From: Phycisphaeraceae bacterium
Lineage (GTDB): Bacteria; Planctomycetota; Phycisphaerae; Phycisphaerales; Phycisphaeraceae
Assembly (NCBI GenBank): GCA_963674705.1
Contig: OY771506.1
Coordinates: 1,568,001 to 1,632,000 of the forward strand
Length of the DNA: 64,000 nt
Direction of reading: 5' to 3'
Below are positions 60,040-64,000 of this stretch, piece by piece. The notes below the pieces were generated by a model. That model made no database searches, was not told where the DNA came from, and was given only the letters and a program-made list of their open reading frames with translations. A program made the position numbers and the translations under genes. Numbering within the stretch: position 1 is the first letter of the stretch; every line of letters begins with the position of its first letter.

Positions 60040-60153
60040 GCCACAAAAAGGCACAGAAAACACAAAATAGAAGTTCAGATGTGTGGGATAGCGCGCAAAT
60101 CATTTTTGCTGACATTACCCATCTATTTTGTGTCTTTTGTGCGTTTTCGTGGC
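60040..60153. repeat. 31-bp imperfect inverted repeat pair (REP-like)
   Basis: GCCACAAAAAGGCACAGAAAACACAAAATAG (60040-60070) versus the reverse complement of 60123-60153; 4 mismatches. Confidence 0.7.
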
Positions 60154-60202
60154 AAAACAAATCGCTAAGCCGCAAGCGGCTTATTTGAAGGAAGGTTTTA
60201 TC

Positions 60203-61066
60203 ATGGCGTGGACATTGAGTTCGTTTGCGGATGAAGCGGGGCCGACGACCGCCGAACAGATCGCGGCCAGTATGGCTGGGGGCTTGAAGTACATCGACCC
60301 ACGCAACCTCGACGGGTACAACATCACCGAACTGCCGTTGGATAAGGCAGAAGAAGTTGCCAAGCAATACGAGGCGGTCGGCATCAAGGTCGGGATGTAT
60401 GGTTCACCGATCGGCAAGATCGATATCGCCGACGACATGAAGTCCGATCTCGATAAGCTCGAACACCTTGGCAAGCTGAAGCAGATCTTCGGCGGCACGG
60501 ACGTGCGCATCTTCAGCTACTACAACAAAGCCGGCGTCGACAAGGCCAAGTGGCGGCAGGAGAGCCTCGATCGTCTCAAACGTCTGCGCGACCTTGCGGG
60601 CAAACTCGGGCTTGTCTTGTATCACGAAAACGAAAGTGAAATCTTCGGCGATCATCCGGAAGACGTCGCGGCCATCGCCGAACTGCGCGACGGCGAAACC
60701 TTCAAGCTGATCTACGATTTTGCCAACTACGTACGCACCACCGCTTCGCCTAGCGAGTGCTGGTCGATCTGCAAGAACATCACCGACAGCTTCCACCTCA
60801 AAGATCAACGCAAGGACGGCCAGCATGTCCCGATGGGCGGCGGTGACACCGATTCCGAAGCAATCCTCCAGGACGCGCTAGACTCCGGCTGGTCCGGCCC
60901 CTGTATTATCGAACCACACCTGACCCACTCCGACGCGGTGCTCGCAACCAACGTGCACGGCAGCGGCGACATGTCATTAGCCGACCTCGCACCGTCCGAA
61001 TCCTTCGCGATTGCGGTCGAAGCATCGAAAGCGCTGTTGGCGAAGATCGGTGTGGAATTGGCGTGA
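60203..61066 (+). CDS. Sugar phosphate isomerase/epimerase (xylose-isomerase-like TIM barrel)
   Basis: LSSFADE, GSPIGK, RIFSY, HENE, YDFAN, HLKD, IEPHL. Confidence 0.88.
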   Translation: MAWTLSSFADEAGPTTAEQIAASMAGGLKYIDPRNLDGYNITELPLDKAEEVAKQYEAVGIKVGMYGSPIGKIDIADDMKSDLDKLEHLGKLKQIFGGTDVRIFSYYNKAGVDKAKWRQESLDRLKRLRDLAGKLGLVLYHENESEIFGDHPEDVAAIAELRDGETFKLIYDFANYVRTTASPSECWSICKNITDSFHLKDQRKDGQHVPMGGGDTDSEAILQDALDSGWSGPCIIEPHLTHSDAVLATNVHGSGDMSLADLAPSESFAIAVEASKALLAKIGVELA

Positions 61067-61111
61067 TTGCATATCACATAAACTCAGTTTCATAGACCAA
61101 GTAACCAATAG

Positions 61112-61142
61112 CCCCTTGCGGAAGCAAGGGGTTTTTCTTTTG
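61112..61142 (+). terminator. Intrinsic terminator
   Basis: CCCCTTGC-GGAA-GCAAGGGG followed by TTTTTCTTTT. Confidence 0.8.
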
Positions 61143-61170
61143 GCGCAGATAAAGAGGTTATTCCTCTTAT

Positions 61171-61328
61171 CCCCTCTCCCCTCGGGAGAGGGTTAGGGTG
61201 AGGGCCGGATTGATTGCGTGTGAAGATTGTCGTGAATGCTTAAGTAACTAATCAAGATCACGTATTTAACATCGTACGGCTATCACACAACGGCCCTCAC
61301 CCCGGCCCTCTCCCAAGGCGAGAGGGGG
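61171..61328. repeat. Inverted pair of BoxC/REP-like palindromes
   Basis: CCCCTCTCCCCTCGGGAGAGGGTTAGGGTGAGGGCCG (from 61171) and CGGCCCTCACCCCGGCCCTCTCCCAAGGCGAGAGGGGG (from 61291) around an AT-rich spacer of about 82 bp. Confidence 0.7.
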
Positions 61329-61354
61329 TGAACACATCTGAAGGCTTTTTACCC

Positions 61355-62761
61355 TCAATCAAAATCCGCGTCTTTGCTTGCATCACCCACCGTGTGCATG
61401 AGCCGCCAGAAGCCAATCGTTGCGATGATGGCGAGCGCGGTGGTGACGAGGAAGACGTGGATGCCGATGCCGTTGAAGGTGGGCAAGGTAAGACCGGGGA
61501 TCGCGTCGGACTTCCAGCCATAGAGCAATACCATCGCCATGTATGGCGCGATAAATCCACGGACGCCGGTCAGTGTGACGTGGATACCCATGTAAAGCGG
61601 GACCATACGCCGGTCGGCAAAGTCGTTATGGCCAAGGTTCCAGGCGAGCATCCCCCCGCCGCGCGAGGTGCCTTCGATAAATCGGGGCAGTGCCAGTAGC
61701 ACAATAGATCCGGTCAAGCCGGCCAGCCATGTGCCGAGTTGTATCGTGATCCAGAAGAAACCCTGCCTTGTGCGGAAGCGTGAAATGTGCACGCGGTCCA
61801 GGTAGCGAGCCCAGTAAGGTACGGCCAGCATCGCCATCGTCATCGGGATCGTCGTAGTGACGAGGATGCTGATCGCGTACTCGTATGTTTTGCCATCGGT
61901 CAATTCGATGATGATGCGGATGAAGGCGAAGTTACCGAGCATGTTGGCCATCCCGCCGAAGAACATCCAGACCATGTACCAGCGGTAGTTGTGGTCTTCG
62001 CGCAGGATGGTCCAGACGGTGTGGCGTTTGGCGGTCCTGCCGTCGGGCTCGAACGCGTAGATGTGGCCCGGGTCGCCGTGCGGTTGTGGTTTGGCGGTGG
62101 GTTGCAGTTCATATTCGATCAGGTGTTTTTCACCACGCAGGCGGATGCGGGAATACGAGAACACACCGATCGCAGCGACCAACGCAATCACACGGTACAC
62201 CCATCGAAAACTTTCAGGAGCCAGATCCTGGATGAAGAAGCCGATCAACGGGCCTGCCGCCATGATCAGGCTGGCGAGGATGGTGAACCTGCCGGTGATC
62301 TGGGCGCGGGACGCCTGCGGGTAGTTCTGTCGCCAGACGACGCTGCGGAGCGTGACCATCCCGGCGAGGATGCAGCGAGCGATGATGACGCAGATCACCA
62401 GCATAATCGGCCCGGGCCCGACCGTCGGCAGGAACGAAATCACCAGCAGCATCAACAGGACCAGCGCCTGCAACGTCGAGATAAACGGCACCTTCTGCCG
62501 GCCGCGTGCGAGCATCGCCCACATGAAGCTGGTCAGGTTCGCGAAGATCGGCGCAGCCATGATCGTCGCCAGCTCCAACTCGTTGACGTTGAAGGTTTTT
62601 TTGGCCAGGACACCGATCACACCCGCTTCGAGGATCGCCGGCGCCAGCGGGAAGGTCGACGCGGTCAGCAATTCATGCTTATAGCTCTGCCTGGCCATCA
62701 AGGGCTGTCGGCTGGTCAGGAAGTTTTTCGGTGAAGGCCATGGCATGGATACGCCCATCAT
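61355..62761 (-). CDS. MFS transporter
   Basis: About 12 TM segments in two halves with a central loop; WRQNYPQASRAQITG. Confidence 0.8.
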   Translation of the reverse strand: MMGVSMPWPSPKNFLTSRQPLMARQSYKHELLTASTFPLAPAILEAGVIGVLAKKTFNVNELELATIMAAPIFANLTSFMWAMLARGRQKVPFISTLQALVLLMLLVISFLPTVGPGPIMLVICVIIARCILAGMVTLRSVVWRQNYPQASRAQITGRFTILASLIMAAGPLIGFFIQDLAPESFRWVYRVIALVAAIGVFSYSRIRLRGEKHLIEYELQPTAKPQPHGDPGHIYAFEPDGRTAKRHTVWTILREDHNYRWYMVWMFFGGMANMLGNFAFIRIIIELTDGKTYEYAISILVTTTIPMTMAMLAVPYWARYLDRVHISRFRTRQGFFWITIQLGTWLAGLTGSIVLLALPRFIEGTSRGGGMLAWNLGHNDFADRRMVPLYMGIHVTLTGVRGFIAPYMAMVLLYGWKSDAIPGLTLPTFNGIGIHVFLVTTALAIIATIGFWRLMHTVGDASKDADFD

Positions 62762-62990
62762 GGCGAGTCTTGGCGAGTCTGTCGAGTGCGGGAATGGACA
62801 GAAGTTAGCCGAAACTGTCGAGCCGGTACGGCAAGAGCCTCCACAGAGGGCGCAATCAAGACCGTTCAGTGCTGATTTTCGTCAGCGCCAATAGCGGTTA
62901 AGGCCTTGAGTGTGTGTGTCATCGGTCAAACAACTGCGTGCGAATGATTCACCTTCGTGTATCCGCGTTAGAGTTCCCCCGCTATCGTGC

Positions 62991-63815
62991 TCAGACAATC
63001 GATTGTCTGTTGCGATACATCAGCAAGGTGAAGCCAGCGCACAAGGCAAAGGTGCCCGGCTCGGGGATCAAGTGTAATGCACCCGTCCATTCACTTGAGC
63101 CCTCTTTGGCTGCGACAAAATCGAAGCTGGTCTGTGTATTGTCCGCAAACGTGATGGCCAGGGAAGTGCCCAGCATGTCGCTACCGAATGGAACGGTCAG
63201 GTCGCTTAAGGTGATCACCTGGCCAGCCTGGTAACCCGGTCCGAAGTCGTCAGCAAAGATATAGATGTTGCCGGCACCCGATGCTTCCAGGACGCCCCCG
63301 GCAAGATTGCCGCCAGACATGCTTAGCGTGGCGACATTACCGACCACGACTTTGTCATTGATCGTGCCGCTGCTGAGATAACCCGTGCTGTCATGGACGA
63401 TATCCCATTTACCCATCACGGTTCCGCCGCGGACATGAACGGTCGCGCCGAATGTGGCGATTGAACCCTCGATTGTCCCACCGGCAATGCGCGTCATGCC
63501 GTCGTCACCGGAAGCATAGATATTCCCGCCGATCGAACCACCCGTGACGTTAAGCTGCCCGTGGAAGTGGACATAGACATAGTCGGTGATCTCGACGCCC
63601 GGACCGAGTGTGAGCGTTGAATAGTCATAAATGTTGGCAAAGTCGTAGACGCCCGGCGCGGCGACCACATGTTGCGTGCCCGTCGTTGTGATATCCGCTG
63701 CGTACGTACCGGCCGTACTCATCAGCAAGGCAAAAACACATAAGAGAGCACTTGTCCACCTTCGCAAAGATGATGAGCGAGCAAGTGAACACACGCGATT
63801 GAAGTAATTAATCAT
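62991..63815 (-). CDS. PEP-CTERM protein with GG-rich beta-helix-like repeats
   Basis: Signal peptide, repeated xxGG(S/T/N)(I/V/L), C-terminal IPEPGTFALCAGFTLLMYRNR. Confidence 0.8.
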   Translation of the reverse strand: MINYFNRVCSLARSSSLRRWTSALLCVFALLMSTAGTYAADITTTGTQHVVAAPGVYDFANIYDYSTLTLGPGVEITDYVYVHFHGQLNVTGGSIGGNIYASGDDGMTRIAGGTIEGSIATFGATVHVRGGTVMGKWDIVHDSTGYLSSGTINDKVVVGNVATLSMSGGNLAGGVLEASGAGNIYIFADDFGPGYQAGQVITLSDLTVPFGSDMLGTSLAITFADNTQTSFDFVAAKEGSSEWTGALHLIPEPGTFALCAGFTLLMYRNRQSIV

Positions 63816-64000
63816 TTGGCCCCTCCGTTAAATAACCCGAACAGTTTAAGGGGCGTCGAGATCAATCCGTACCCCCATCAAGAACACTGCGTAACTGCAA
63901 CAATCAGTCTACCGCAAAGTGATTATCCGTCAATCCCCCAGAGCCGAATTTATATATGGTCTTAATACTGACAAGATAGGCAGCTAAAGCAATAAATCGA

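Noticed and set aside
58823..60367. 514-aa minus-strand ORF
   Set aside because: Antisense shadow of the Gfo/Idh/MocA and isomerase genes, running through a repeat; no family motifs.

Overview
Bacterial chromosomal window of fairly high GC, very likely from a planctomycete of the class Phycisphaerae. This assignment is inferred from DUF1559-type prepilin proteins, an LEPR-XLL signal, many PEP-CTERM proteins and tRNAs lacking an encoded CCA. The left half holds two parallel polysaccharide-utilisation loci. (1) A probable xylan locus (about 1-17.3 kb): sugar ABC permeases and binding protein, two GH10 enzymes, a GH2 with a CBM60-like tail, LacI, a DUF1559 prepilin and non-catalytic PEP-CTERM proteins, linked by 8 copies of a GTAAAACGTTTTAC-like operator. 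(2) A probable alpha-glucan locus (about 20.8-28.6 kb): two GH13 enzymes, a GntR/LacI-type chimeric regulator with a perfect 18-bp palindrome, a DUF1559 prepilin and a PEP-CTERM protein built from four X25-like domains. Both loci share the layout promoter/operator -> DUF1559 prepilin -> non-catalytic dockerin/PEP-CTERM surface protein, with no SusC/SusD pair; this is the most interesting system seen. Seven unrelated secreted proteins carry a strongly conserved dockerin-like tail, six of them followed by PEP-CTERM. The rest comprises a FixL/FixJ-like two-component pair, an Nramp-like transporter, an arylsulfatase/HAD module, a PL11 lyase, tRNA-Ser(GCT), a tRNA(CAT), a beta-helix surface protein, xerD, a B12-binding sensor paired with an ECF sigma factor, pectin-related enzymes, sugar catabolism genes, an MFS transporter, a small MITE-like element and REP-like repeats. 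No CRISPR array, rRNA or transposase was recognised. All family calls come from motif recognition by eye, not from database searches.
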